A stretch of 64,000 nucleotides of DNA from an uncultured delta proteobacterium (GTDB taxonomy: Bacteria; Myxococcota; Myxococcia; Myxococcales; Anaeromyxobacteraceae), in assembly GCA_963845515.1 (NCBI GenBank), contig CAWJSR010000002.1, forward strand, positions 128,001 to 192,000. Reading direction: 5' to 3'. The notes under the pieces were generated by a model, which saw only the letters and a program-made list of their open reading frames with translations, made no database searches and was not told the DNA's origin. Within the stretch, counting starts at the first letter, position 1. Each line of letters begins with the position of its first letter. A program made the translations under genes and the position numbers. Below are positions 34,630 through 46,915 of the stretch, piece after piece.

Positions 34630-35235
34630 TCAGCCCTCCAGGAGTCGCCCCAGGTACCGGCGGATCGCGGGCGAATTCCAGTCGCGCGGCCCCACTACGT
34701 AGGCCACCAGCCGACCGGTCCCGTCGACGATGTAGGTCTCGGGAAACTTGAAGGAGTCCGGACAGTGCCCCCGGGCTGCACAGTAGTAGGCGCGGGTGAC
34801 GTCCTGCGCCCCATCGCGCGCCACGGTGAGCCACGCCGGAGGCGGCCCGCCGAAGAAGTTCACGACCGTCTCCCAGTCGTCGTCGACCGAGACCGCCACC
34901 ATCTTGAAGCGGCCCGGGTAGCGCGCCGAGAGCTCCTTGCCGAGCGCGATCATCGAAGGCAGCTCGTCGCGGCACGGCGGGCACCAGGTCGCCCAGAAGT
35001 TCACGAAGACGAGCTGCCCCTTCGCGGCGGCGAGGCTGAAGCGGCCCCCGATCGCCTCCAGCTCCAGCGGCGGCGCCGCGACGTCGGCGGCGTCGACGCG
35101 GAACTCGCGCGCGTCGTCCCCCTGCGAGCCGCGAGAGATCTCCCACGCGCGCCAGCCGCCCACGGCGCTCGCGATCACGACGGCGGCTACGACCACGGGG
35201 ACGAGGCTGCCACGGGGGCTCTTGGCGCTTGGCAT
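34630..35235 (-). CDS. TlpA-family thiol-disulfide reductase
   Basis: VNFWATWCPPCRDELP; FPETYIVD; N-terminal TM. Confidence 0.9.
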   Translation of the reverse strand: MPSAKSPRGSLVPVVVAAVVIASAVGGWRAWEISRGSQGDDAREFRVDAADVAAPPLELEAIGGRFSLAAAKGQLVFVNFWATWCPPCRDELPSMIALGKELSARYPGRFKMVAVSVDDDWETVVNFFGGPPPAWLTVARDGAQDVTRAYYCAARGHCPDSFKFPETYIVDGTGRLVAYVVGPRDWNSPAIRRYLGRLLEG

Positions 35236-35301
35236 GTCGGAGGCAGTTCTTACACGACGCGCGGTCTTGCCGCCAACGCCCCTCCGATGGAGGATCGGAC
35301 C

Positions 35302-36429
35302 ATGCGCGGCTTCATGGGCAGCCTCCAGGTCGTACCCCTCCCCGACCTCGTGGAGCTGCTGGCGCGCCGGCGCACCTCCGGGACGCTCACCTGCGAGCGC
35401 GGCACGGTCCGCAAGACCGCCACCCTGGTCGACGGGGCGGTGGTCGGCGCCGCGTCCAACGATCCGCGCGAGTACTTCGGCCAGTTCCTGGTCAACTTCG
35501 GCCACGCCACCGACGAGCAGCTCGCGCGCGCGGTCCACGCGCAGGGCGAGTCTCGCAGCCGGCTCGGAGAGGTGCTCGTCGCGCAGGGCGTCGTCACGGC
35601 CGAGGTGGTCCGCGACGTCCTCGCCATCAAGATCCGGGAGACGCTCCTCGACGTCTTCCTGTGGGACGCCGGCCTCTTCCGGCTGGAGACCGACTGGAGC
35701 GACGACGCCGAGGCGCTGGGCGCGCGCGTGGAGCTCTCGGAGATCGGGCGGGAGGCGGAGTTCCGCGCCACCGCGTGGAGCGCGTTCCGCTCCGCCTTCC
35801 CGAGCGGCGCCGCGACGCTCGCGATCCACGAAGAGCGGATCCCCGCCGACCTCTCGCCCGCGACCGTGGACGGCCGGCTCCTCTCCCTCGCGCGCGCGGG
35901 GCGGACCATCGACGAGCTGGCCCTCGCGCTGCACATGCCCGACTTCCACCTCTACCAGCGGCTCTTCGCGCTCCAGAAGCGCGGGCTGCTCGACGCGGCG
36001 CCGAGCGGCGGCGGCGACCTCGGCGCGGGCGAGCTGATCGAGCGCGCGAGGACCTTCCTCGCGGCGGGGCGGGCCGACGACGCGGAGGCCGTCGCGCGGC
36101 GGGGGCTCGAGCTCTCGCCAGGACACGAGGGCGCGCTCGCGGCGCTGGCCGAGGCGGAGCGGGCCATCACCGCCGGCCTCGAGGCACGGCTCCTCGAGCG
36201 GCCGCTGTCGCCCAGGCTGGCGCTCGAGCCTGGCGCCCTCGCGCGGCTGCAGGCATCGGCGATCGACAAGTACGTGCTCTCGCGCTGCGACGGGAGCCGG
36301 ACCGTGCGCCAGCTGGTGCAGGTCCTGCCGCTCCGCCGCCTCGACGTCCTGCGCACCATCCAGCGCTTCACCGACGCCGGGAGCGTGGTACTCATGGCGC
36401 AACCCGGGGGGCCGGAGCGCACGACGTGA
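35302..36429 (+). CDS. DUF4388 domain protein
   Basis: GSL...LPDLVELL...SGTL; RLGEVLV motif; TPR-like segment. Confidence 0.75.
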   Translation: MRGFMGSLQVVPLPDLVELLARRRTSGTLTCERGTVRKTATLVDGAVVGAASNDPREYFGQFLVNFGHATDEQLARAVHAQGESRSRLGEVLVAQGVVTAEVVRDVLAIKIRETLLDVFLWDAGLFRLETDWSDDAEALGARVELSEIGREAEFRATAWSAFRSAFPSGAATLAIHEERIPADLSPATVDGRLLSLARAGRTIDELALALHMPDFHLYQRLFALQKRGLLDAAPSGGGDLGAGELIERARTFLAAGRADDAEAVARRGLELSPGHEGALAALAEAERAITAGLEARLLERPLSPRLALEPGALARLQASAIDKYVLSRCDGSRTVRQLVQVLPLRRLDVLRTIQRFTDAGSVVLMAQPGGPERTT

Positions 36430-36800
36430 AGCGGATACTGCTGATCGAGGACGACGCCGCCCTCGCGGACATGCTCAACCGGCGGCTCGTCCTCCACGGG
36501 TTCAGTGTGGACTCCGCGCCGAGCGCCGAGGCGGCGCTGGCGCGGGCGCGGGCGTCGATCCCCGACGCGATCCTGGTGGACTACTCGCTCCCCGGGATGA
36601 ACGGCTGGGAGCTCGTGAAGGTGATGCGCTCGGAGCCGCGCTTCGCGCAGGTCCCGATGTTCGCCGTCTCGGCGCACTCCCTGCCGTCCGACCGGGCGCG
36701 CGCGCGCGCGGTCGGCTGCACCGACTTCTTCGGCAAGCCGATCGACATGGACGCCCTGCTGACGGCGCTCCGGATCGCCTGCGGCCCGGTCGGCGACTAG
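36426..36800 (+). CDS. Single-domain response regulator
   Basis: GTG overlaps upstream stop; ILLIEDD; LVDYSLPGMNG; KPID. Confidence 0.85.
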   Translation: MKRILLIEDDAALADMLNRRLVLHGFSVDSAPSAEAALARARASIPDAILVDYSLPGMNGWELVKVMRSEPRFAQVPMFAVSAHSLPSDRARARAVGCTDFFGKPIDMDALLTALRIACGPVGD

Positions 36801-36803
36801 GTC

Positions 36804-38032
36804 TCAGCGCGCGGCGAGCGCGCCGAGGTCGAGCGCCACCGGCTCGGCGGCGGCGAGCCGGTCCGCGAAGAACGACGTCGAGCGCCTCGCGCGCGACCCA
36901 CGGGCGCGCGGACGCGCCACTTCGGACCGTTCATGATCACCGTCGCGACGACCACCTGCGGGTTCTCCGCGGGCGCGTAGCCGACGAACCACGACCAGTC
37001 GCGGTGCGGGTTCCGGTCGAAGAGCGAGCCGGTCTTCCCTGCCACGGCCACGCCGCGCAGGGACGCCGGACGGCGGCGGAAGACCTTGCGGCCCGTCCCC
37101 TCGGTGACGGTCGCCAGCATCATCTCGCCCAGGCGGGCGGCGATCTCCTCGTCGACGATGCGCTCGGGGAGGTGCGGCGCCGGCGCCAGCTCCCCCTCGA
37201 CCGCCTCGACGAGGCGCGGCGGGGCGAGGACGCCGCCGTTGGCGACGACCGCAGCGAGGAGCGCGGCGTGGAGCGGCGACATCCGGACGTCGCCGAAGCC
37301 GGCGGCGGTGTTGGCCATGCCGAAGCGATCCTCGGGCACGTCGGCGCGGGAGGGCTCCACCGCCCCCTCGAAGGGGATCGAGGCGTTGAAGAAGAAGCGC
37401 TCGGCCTGGGCGCGCAGCTCCGCGGGCGCGAGGGCACGGTCGGCGAGCTTGGCGAAGACGACGTTGGCGGAGTGGCCGAAGGCGCGCTCCAGCGTCATGC
37501 AGCTGCGATCGCGCCGGGGGTCGTCCTCGAGCAGGCGCGGCGTCAGGCGGTGCCGGCCGCCGTGGTAGCAGACGGACTCCTGAGAATCGATGCCGCGCTC
37601 CAGCAGCGCCGCCGCCGTGACGATCTTGAAGATGGAGGCGGCCGGAGGACGCGCCCGGAGCACCCCGCCACGCAGGCTGGGATCGCTCTCCGCGTGCTCC
37701 GCCATCGCGAGGACCCGGCCGGTCGCCGGCTCGAGGAGGACGGTGGCACCCCACGGCACGGCAAAGGACGCGAGCGTGCGCTCGAGCTGCGCCTGGAGCC
37801 TGGGGTCGAGGGTGAGGATTGCCTTGCCGCTCCCGTACGGCGCCACGTACCTGCCCAGCGATCGATCGAGCCGCATCGCCGACAGCTCCGGCTCCGGCGG
37901 GAGCGCGCGGGCGACCGGGAGCAGCGGGACGACCGCCGTCGCCGCTGGTGGCTCGGCCCGGGCGGCGGCGCCCATGGCGAGCACGCTCGCGAGGGCGGCG
38001 GCAGCGGTCAGCGGGCGGAGGGCGATGGTCAT
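36804..38032 (-). CDS. Penicillin-binding transpeptidase-domain protein (frameshift ~36900)
   Basis: SxxK (ASIFK), SxN (HSAN), KTG (GKTGS). Confidence 0.85.
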
Positions 38033-38109
38033 CGATGGTGGGTTCCGTGCGGCAGGATGCCCGAAGGCCGGAGGGGGGTCAAAATCGTAGACGGGGTGGG
38101 GGGCGCGCG

Positions 38110-38164
38110 CCCCTCACCCCGCCTGATGGTGAACGCCCTCTCCCGCGACGCAGGAGAGAGCGGG
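38110..38164. repeat. Degenerate BoxC/REP-like element
   Basis: CCCTCACCCC...GCCCTCTCCCGCGACGCAGGAGAG. Confidence 0.45.
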
Positions 38165-38175
38165 TCGAGGGCGCT

Positions 38176-40968
<2,793 letters not shown>

Positions 40969-41187
40969 CCCTTCACCTCTGCCTGGAGAGTTGCGTATGG
41001 GTCTGCGGCGTAGCGCTCGCAGCCGGGGGTCGCCTTTGTAGCAAACGGATTCATGGATCGGAACGTCCGCAATGCACGGCGTGCGCGGAATTCCGGGACT
41101 GGACGGACCAAAAGTGCGCGTTCGCGCGCAGCCGCAATTTGCGGCGCACGAACAGCGCATGACTGCCGGTCCCGCAGACCCTAAAGG

Positions 41188-41206
41188 GGGAGCCGCGAGG
41201 GCTCCT
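41188..41206 (-). terminator. Probable terminator hairpin after tRNA thiolase gene
   Basis: GGAGCC-gcga-GGGCTCC stem immediately after the stop, followed by CCCTTT on the minus strand. Confidence 0.45.
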
Positions 41207-41208
41207 CG

Positions 41209-42267
41209 CTAGATCCGCATCCCTTCGATCCGCGCTTCGTCGCGCGCCGGCTCGATCTCCAGGAGCTCGACCCGGTCGCCTTCGCGCCACTCGACGACGG
41301 CGCGCGGCTCGTCCTTGGCCTTCCCGTACCTGGCCACGATGGAGGCAGCGAGCTGCCGGTCCTCCGGGGAGGGCGCCCCCTCGACGAGCGCGACGGGTCC
41401 CGTGACCCCGGGGGCCTCCAGCCGCGCGCGCCCCTCAGCGTGGTGCTCGAGCAGGGCGTTCTCCATCTCGTTCCGCCCGACGATGAGCTTCGCGCGGGGC
41501 GACAGCCGGAAGTGGCGCCCGACGGTGAGGAGGATGACCTCGTCCTTGGTGATCCGCCGCCCCTCGCCCGCAGCCTCGCGCGCGGAGAGGAGGTCGAAGA
41601 ACTTCCTCGAGAAGCTCTCGTCGGTGAGGAAGCAGCAGCCGCCGGCGGGCTGTGGCCAGTCGGTCAGCCCGATCTCTGCGGCGAGCGCGATCTGGCGCTG
41701 GCGCCCGCGGCCGCTGAGGTCGAGGAGCCGCTCGCGATCGACGAGCCCCGCCTCCTCGGCGATGGTGGGCTTCAGCAGCTTCGCCGACAGCGGCCGGAGC
41801 AGGCGGCCGTCCATCCTGCTCTCGCGCTCGATGATCCGGAGGGTGTCGCGCCGCTGCGACTTGGGGCGCTGGCCGAGCACCTCGCCGGTGAAGACGAAGT
41901 CGGCGCCCTCGCGCTCCATGATCTCCTTCGCCTTGCGCATCATGAAGATGCGGCAGTCGACGCAGGGGTTCGCGTTGGCGCCGTACCCGAAGCGGGGGTT
42001 CAGGACCATCTCGAGGTACTCGGGGCCCGAGATGTCTACCAGCTCGACGTCGGACTCGAGGTCGGCCGCAGCGCGGAGCGCCTCGTTGCGCGGCATGCTC
42101 CCGTCCGCCCGGCCTCCCCTGCGCCGCTGGGTCTCAGCGATGCAGAAGCCAGTGTAGAAGGTGACCGCCTTGACCTCGACTCCCTGCTGCTGCACCAGCG
42201 CCAGCGCGAGCGTCGAGTCGAGCCCGCCGGAGATGAGGCCGATCGCCTTTGCCTTCTTTGTCGTCAC
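41209..42267 (-). CDS. tRNA thiouridylase-like protein (ThiI/MnmA-like PP-loop, NFACT-R-type C-term)
   Basis: SGGLDS; NPCVDCRI; TGEVLGQRPKSQ; PAGGCCFLTD; GRHFRL. Confidence 0.8.
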   Translation of the reverse strand: MTTKKAKAIGLISGGLDSTLALALVQQQGVEVKAVTFYTGFCIAETQRRRGGRADGSMPRNEALRAAADLESDVELVDISGPEYLEMVLNPRFGYGANANPCVDCRIFMMRKAKEIMEREGADFVFTGEVLGQRPKSQRRDTLRIIERESRMDGRLLRPLSAKLLKPTIAEEAGLVDRERLLDLSGRGRQRQIALAAEIGLTDWPQPAGGCCFLTDESFSRKFFDLLSAREAAGEGRRITKDEVILLTVGRHFRLSPRAKLIVGRNEMENALLEHHAEGRARLEAPGVTGPVALVEGAPSPEDRQLAASIVARYGKAKDEPRAVVEWREGDRVELLEIEPARDEARIEGMRI

Positions 42268-42282
42268 GAGGCGGGATCTACC

Positions 42283-42534
42283 TCAGCGCGCCAGCTTGCG
42301 CACCCAGGAGCGCCACTTTCCGCCCTCCTCGAAGGTGGCAAGGTGCTCGTTCCGGGTCGCCTTGCACCACATCGGCATGTCGAGCGCGATGCCCGGATCC
42401 GTCGCGACCACCAGCAGGACCGCGCCGTCGGGGAGCCCCTTGATCACCCGCGCGGTCTCGACGATCGGGTACGGGCAGAGCCGTCCTGAGGTGTCGAGCG
42501 TGAGCGCCGGTTCGGGGAGCGTGGCAGAGCGCAT
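42283..42534 (-). CDS. TusA-family sulfur carrier
   Basis: LDTSGRLCPYPI; ATDPG..D..WC. Confidence 0.85.
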   Translation of the reverse strand: MRSATLPEPALTLDTSGRLCPYPIVETARVIKGLPDGAVLLVVATDPGIALDMPMWCKATRNEHLATFEEGGKWRSWVRKLAR

Positions 42535-42578
42535 GGCGCACCGTTGTTAACCCCACGCCGCGCGCGGTTCAACGCCCC

Positions 42579-43133
42579 GTGGACCCTTGCCCGGGGTCCG
42601 ACCCGAGGGTAGGCTCCCCGTCCGTGCCAGCCACAGCCCCCCCGAAGCGCCAGCACCTGGCGCCGATCCTCCTCGTCGCCGCCGCGTTCTCCATGGCGGG
42701 CACCGCCAGCGCGGTCGAGCCTCCCACCGGGCTCGTCGTCAGCGCGGGTATCGGCGGTGGGGCGGAGCTGGGGCTCGGCGACCGGAAGGCCGGCGTGGCC
42801 GAGGCGGAGGTCTCGGCAGGCTGGGAGCACGCGCCCACCGGGCTCCGCCCCGAGCTCGCCCTCGGGATCGGCATGGCGCCTGACGGCCACATCGCGATCC
42901 GTCCCGGCGTGCGCTACGTCTCCGCCGACGCACCCATCCAGCTCCGCATCGCCGTCGACTGGTCCAACGCGCGCGAGGAGAAGCGCTGGCGCTGGATCCT
43001 GATCGGCGGCGCCGCCGAGCTCCGCTGGACGAGCGCCTTCTCGCTCTTCGGTGGGCTCGACCTCGGCATACCGCTCGGCGCCGAGTCCGGCATGCCACTG
43101 CTCGTTCGTGGCGGCGCCGCCTTCCGCTTCTGA
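42579..43133 (+). CDS. Hypothetical small outer-membrane beta-barrel protein (start uncertain)
   Basis: Signal-like segment ending ASA; alternating beta pattern; terminal FRF*. Confidence 0.55.
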   Translation: MDPCPGSDPRVGSPSVPATAPPKRQHLAPILLVAAAFSMAGTASAVEPPTGLVVSAGIGGGAELGLGDRKAGVAEAEVSAGWEHAPTGLRPELALGIGMAPDGHIAIRPGVRYVSADAPIQLRIAVDWSNAREEKRWRWILIGGAAELRWTSAFSLFGGLDLGIPLGAESGMPLLVRGGAAFRF

Positions 43134-43158
43134 GCCCTCGCTTCCGCTGGAGGTCAAC

Positions 43159-44214
43159 GTGACGCGTCCCATCCTCCTGGCTGCCCTCGTCGCCGCGCTC
43201 CCCGCGGTCGCCCAGGAGCTTCCTCCGCCGCCCCCGCCTCCGACGGACGACCTCCCGTCCGACTACACGCGCCGCCCGGAGCCGGTCGACGTCGGAACGC
43301 CGCCGCGGACCGGCGACGGCCGGGAGGCGCGGCCGGGCGAACGCTCCTACGACCGCCGGACCCCGACCGAGATCGCCCAGCGCAAGGTCAAGTACGTCAA
43401 GGGCACCATCGGCGAGGGGCCGGTGGCGCCGGCGGGCGCCCAGACCGCCAACCTCCACCCGGACGAGGAGATCGGCCACTGGCGCTTCGCGCTAGCCAGC
43501 GGCGTGATCGGGCGCTGGGGCGGCGATCTCGTCGACCCGCCGTCGGCCAACTCCACGGCGATGCTCTACTTCGGCGGCCAGGCAGACGGCGTCTGGACCG
43601 AGGGCTACGGGCGCGGCGCGCGCCTCCGGCTGCGGATGATGACCGGCGGCGAGAACGTGATCTTCGTCCCCTCCGACGGCGACGTCGAGGCCGCCTTCAT
43701 GCTCGGGCGCCGCGAGTTCCGCTTCGTCGCCGGCCGCGTCGAGGCGGCGCGCCACACCGCGCTCGGGATCCAGGCGCTCCTCCAGGCGGCCACCTTCCCC
43801 AGCGTCGAGGGGTCGGTCTCCTTCCGCGGCGACCGGATGCGCGTCAGCTACTTCGCCGCGCCGGTCGAGGCGGCCTGGACCTACTACCGGGCCGACAACC
43901 ACCTCCACCGCGGCGACGCGACGCCGCAGGAGCACGCGAACGTCTACCCGGCCACTGCAGCGCGCATCCGCTTCACGGGGGTGGCGCCGCCCTCCGTGCT
44001 GCTCTCGCTCCAGGGCGACTTCCTCAAGATGTGGGGCGTACCCGACATGCTCGTGTCGGTCGAGGGCAGCGCCGGCTTTGCCGCCCTCGAGAACACCGTC
44101 CTCTTCAACGTGGCCCTCCGCTGGGACCACTCCACCCTCCGCGACGCCGGGAAGGACTCCAGCCACACCTACGATCAGATGCTCGGGATGATCATCGCGA
44201 GCCTGCTGTTGTAG
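43159..44214 (+). CDS. Hypothetical secreted/outer-membrane protein
   Basis: GGAGG RBS; GTG start; signal peptide; Pro-rich N-term; host codon usage. Confidence 0.6.
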   Translation: MTRPILLAALVAALPAVAQELPPPPPPPTDDLPSDYTRRPEPVDVGTPPRTGDGREARPGERSYDRRTPTEIAQRKVKYVKGTIGEGPVAPAGAQTANLHPDEEIGHWRFALASGVIGRWGGDLVDPPSANSTAMLYFGGQADGVWTEGYGRGARLRLRMMTGGENVIFVPSDGDVEAAFMLGRREFRFVAGRVEAARHTALGIQALLQAATFPSVEGSVSFRGDRMRVSYFAAPVEAAWTYYRADNHLHRGDATPQEHANVYPATAARIRFTGVAPPSVLLSLQGDFLKMWGVPDMLVSVEGSAGFAALENTVLFNVALRWDHSTLRDAGKDSSHTYDQMLGMIIASLLL

Positions 44215-44262
44215 TTGTTGGATGACGGAGCCTGCGCAGTCACGACAAGGAGCCTCGCACTC

Positions 44263-46233
44263 ATGAAGAAGAACGTAAGCTGGGTCATCGCCCTGATAGT
44301 CGGCTTCGCCGGCGGATACTTCCTCTCCGGCAAGTCCGGAGGACCGAGCATCCGCCAGGCCCTCCGCCCTGCCGCCCAGCAGCAGGGGCAGCGCCCGTCC
44401 CGTCCGCAGGAGGACCCGAACGCGGTCTACCGCGTGCCCGTGGATGGCTCGGTCGCGAAGGGGCCGGCCGATGCCCTCGTCACCATCGTCGAGTCGAGCG
44501 ACTTCGAGTGCCCGTACTGCAAGAAGGCGGCGCCGACGCTGAAGCAGGTCGAGGAGGCGTACGCCGGCAAGATCCGGCTCGTCTTCAAGCACAACCCGCT
44601 GCCGATGCACCAGAACGCGATCCCCGCCGCCAACGCCGCCGAGGCGGCCGGAGCGCAGGGCAAGTTCTGGCAGATGCACGACAAGCTCTTCACCAGCCCG
44701 TCGCTCGACCGTCCGTCCCTGGAGGGGGCGGCGAAGGAGCTGGGGCTGGATCTCGCGGCCTTCCGCGCCGCACTCGACGGCCAGCGCTTCGCCGACCGGA
44801 TCCGGCGCGACCAGGAGCTGGTCCGCGGCGTCGGCGCCGGCGGCACCCCCACCTTCTTCATCAACGGCCGGAAGGTCGTCGGCGCGCAGCCCTTCGAGCG
44901 GTTCAAGGCGATCATCGACGCCGAGCTCGCCAAGGCCCAGGCGGTGGTCTCGGCCGGCACGCCCGCCGCGCAGGTCTACGAGAAGATCATGGCGACGGCC
45001 TCGGCGCAGCCGGTCTTCCTGCCGGGCGCAGCGCCGTCGCCCGCCGACGCCGGCGCGCGGCCGCAGCAGCCCTCCGCGCCCCCGCCCCCGCCGCCGCAGG
45101 TCTTCAAGAAGATCGATCTCCGCCCCGACGACCCGGCGCGTGGTCCGGCCAACGCCAAGGTGACGCTCGTCCTCTTCTCCGACTTCCAGTGCCCGTTCTG
45201 CTCGAAGGTCGAGCCGACGATCGCGCAGGTGGAGCAGGAGGCCAAGGGTGACCTACGGGTCGTCTGGAAGCACCGGCCGCTGCCGATGCACCCGAACGCA
45301 CGTGGCGCCGCCGCGGCCGCGGAGGCCGCCCGCGCCCAGGGCAAGTTCTGGCAGATGCACGGCAAGCTCTTCGAGAACCAGCAGCAGCTCGGCGGGGAGC
45401 TCTACGAGCGGCTCGCCCGCGAGCTGGGGCTCAACGCGGCGAGGTTCAAGGCCGCGCTCGCCGATCCGAAGGTCGCCGCCCGCATCGACGCCGACGACAA
45501 GCAGGCGGTCGAGGTGGGGGCCGGCGGAACGCCGACCATGTTCCTCAACTGCAGGCAGGTGGTCGGCGCGCTGCCGCCCGATCGGCTCCGCCCGATCTTC
45601 CAGGAGGAGCTGGCCAAGGCCGAACGGCTGCTCGCCGCGGGCGTGAAGCCCGGCCCCGCCCTCTACGCCAGGGCCTGCGAGGAGAACGTGAAGCTCGCGG
45701 CCGCCGGCCCGAAGCTCGACGTCCGTCCGGACGACCCGATCCGCGGCAACAAGGCGGCCCCCGTCACGATCGTCCTCTTCTCCGACTTCCAGTGCCCGTT
45801 CTGCGCGAAGGTCGGGCCGACGCTGAAGCAGGTCCTCGCGACGTACGGCGACAAGGTCCGCGTCACCTGGAAGCACCAGCCGCTGGGCTTCCACCCGAAC
45901 GCCATGCCGGCGGCCGAGGCGGCCGAGGCGGCGCGCGAGCAGGGCAAGTTCTGGGAGATGCACGACGCGCTGTTCCAGAACCAGCAGGCGCTCTCGCCCG
46001 AGACCTACGAGCGGCTGGCGCGCCAGGTCGGGCTCAACGTGAGCGCCTTCAAGGCGTCGATCGCGTCCGGGAAGAACCGCGCCCGCATCGCCGAGGATCA
46101 GCAGCTCGCCGGCCGCATCGGCGCGACCGGAACGCCGACGATGTTCGTCAACGGCGAGAAGGTCGAAGGGGCGGTGCCGTTCGAGTCGATCAAGCCGGTG
46201 ATCGATCGGGCGCTCGCCAGCGCGAAGAAGTAG
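44263..46233 (+). CDS. DsbA-family protein with three thioredoxin domains
   Basis: SDFECPYC, SDFQCPFC, SDFQCPFC, each followed by GTPT. Confidence 0.9.
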   Translation: MKKNVSWVIALIVGFAGGYFLSGKSGGPSIRQALRPAAQQQGQRPSRPQEDPNAVYRVPVDGSVAKGPADALVTIVESSDFECPYCKKAAPTLKQVEEAYAGKIRLVFKHNPLPMHQNAIPAANAAEAAGAQGKFWQMHDKLFTSPSLDRPSLEGAAKELGLDLAAFRAALDGQRFADRIRRDQELVRGVGAGGTPTFFINGRKVVGAQPFERFKAIIDAELAKAQAVVSAGTPAAQVYEKIMATASAQPVFLPGAAPSPADAGARPQQPSAPPPPPPQVFKKIDLRPDDPARGPANAKVTLVLFSDFQCPFCSKVEPTIAQVEQEAKGDLRVVWKHRPLPMHPNARGAAAAAEAARAQGKFWQMHGKLFENQQQLGGELYERLARELGLNAARFKAALADPKVAARIDADDKQAVEVGAGGTPTMFLNCRQVVGALPPDRLRPIFQEELAKAERLLAAGVKPGPALYARACEENVKLAAAGPKLDVRPDDPIRGNKAAPVTIVLFSDFQCPFCAKVGPTLKQVLATYGDKVRVTWKHQPLGFHPNAMPAAEAAEAAREQGKFWEMHDALFQNQQALSPETYERLARQVGLNVSAFKASIASGKNRARIAEDQQLAGRIGATGTPTMFVNGEKVEGAVPFESIKPVIDRALASAKK

Positions 46234-46247
46234 CGGCGCGGGTCGCT

Positions 46248-46289
46248 CCCCCTGAACCCCTGCCCTCCCCCCAGCTCTTGGGGGGAGGG
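46248..46289. repeat. BoxC/REP-like hairpin (also possible terminator)
   Basis: CCCTCCCCCCA-gctct-TGGGGGGAGGG followed by TTTT. Confidence 0.55.
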
Positions 46290-46365
46290 TTTTCGTCATG
46301 TGCCCTGCATGAGGGATCCCGCGCGAGCGGCAAGGCTCCTGCCACGAGCGAGGCGCTGGCTATGA

Positions 46366-46412
46366 GCCATTATTCTGGCGTCCTGAAAGCCATGCCGCTA
46401 TAATAACGGCAT
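46366..46412 (+). promoter_or_regulatory. Putative hipBA promoter/operator
   Basis: TATAAT at 46399-46404 inside inverted repeat ATGCCG-N9-CGGCAT; second box GCCA-TTATTC-TGGC at 46366-46379. Confidence 0.55.
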
Positions 46413-46413
46413 C

Positions 46414-46911
46414 GTGGCAAAGAAGACCGCCCCTCTGCTCCCGTCTACCGGCGACCTGCTGCGCCAGCTCGGCGACCGGCTGCGGCTGGCCCGGCTGCGT
46501 CGGCGCCTCTCCGCCAAGCAGGTTGCCGAGCGCGCCGGCATGGCGCCAATGACCCTGCGCAGCCTGGAGCGTGGCGGATCAGGCGTGACCATCGGGGCAT
46601 ACCTGTCCGTCATGCAAGTACTTGGCGTCGAGAAGGATCTCGAGCTGCTTGCCCGGGCAGACCCCGTCGGCCGTGCTCTGCAGGACGCCCGTTTGCCGGG
46701 ACGAGGCAATGCGACCGCGCGAGCTCACCTTCCTTCGGCCCCGAATCCGGCGCCGCGCGCGCGGCCGACGAAGCCACATGAGGTCGCCCCTCAGCCGCGC
46801 AAGCGCACCGAAGACGCGAAGGAGTGGATCGAAGAGGGCGGCTTTGCCAGCTCCGAGGCGCTGGCCCGATTGATAGCCCCCGCTGCGCCAGCGGCGAAGA
46901 AGAGGCGCTGA
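46414..46911 (+). CDS. XRE-family HTH antitoxin (HipB-like)
   Basis: [24 protein letters not shown]...TLRSLERG; directly upstream of HipA. Confidence 0.8.
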   Translation: MAKKTAPLLPSTGDLLRQLGDRLRLARLRRRLSAKQVAERAGMAPMTLRSLERGGSGVTIGAYLSVMQVLGVEKDLELLARADPVGRALQDARLPGRGNATARAHLPSAPNPAPRARPTKPHEVAPQPRKRTEDAKEWIEEGGFASSEALARLIAPAAPAAKKRR

Positions 46912-46915
46912 GCGC

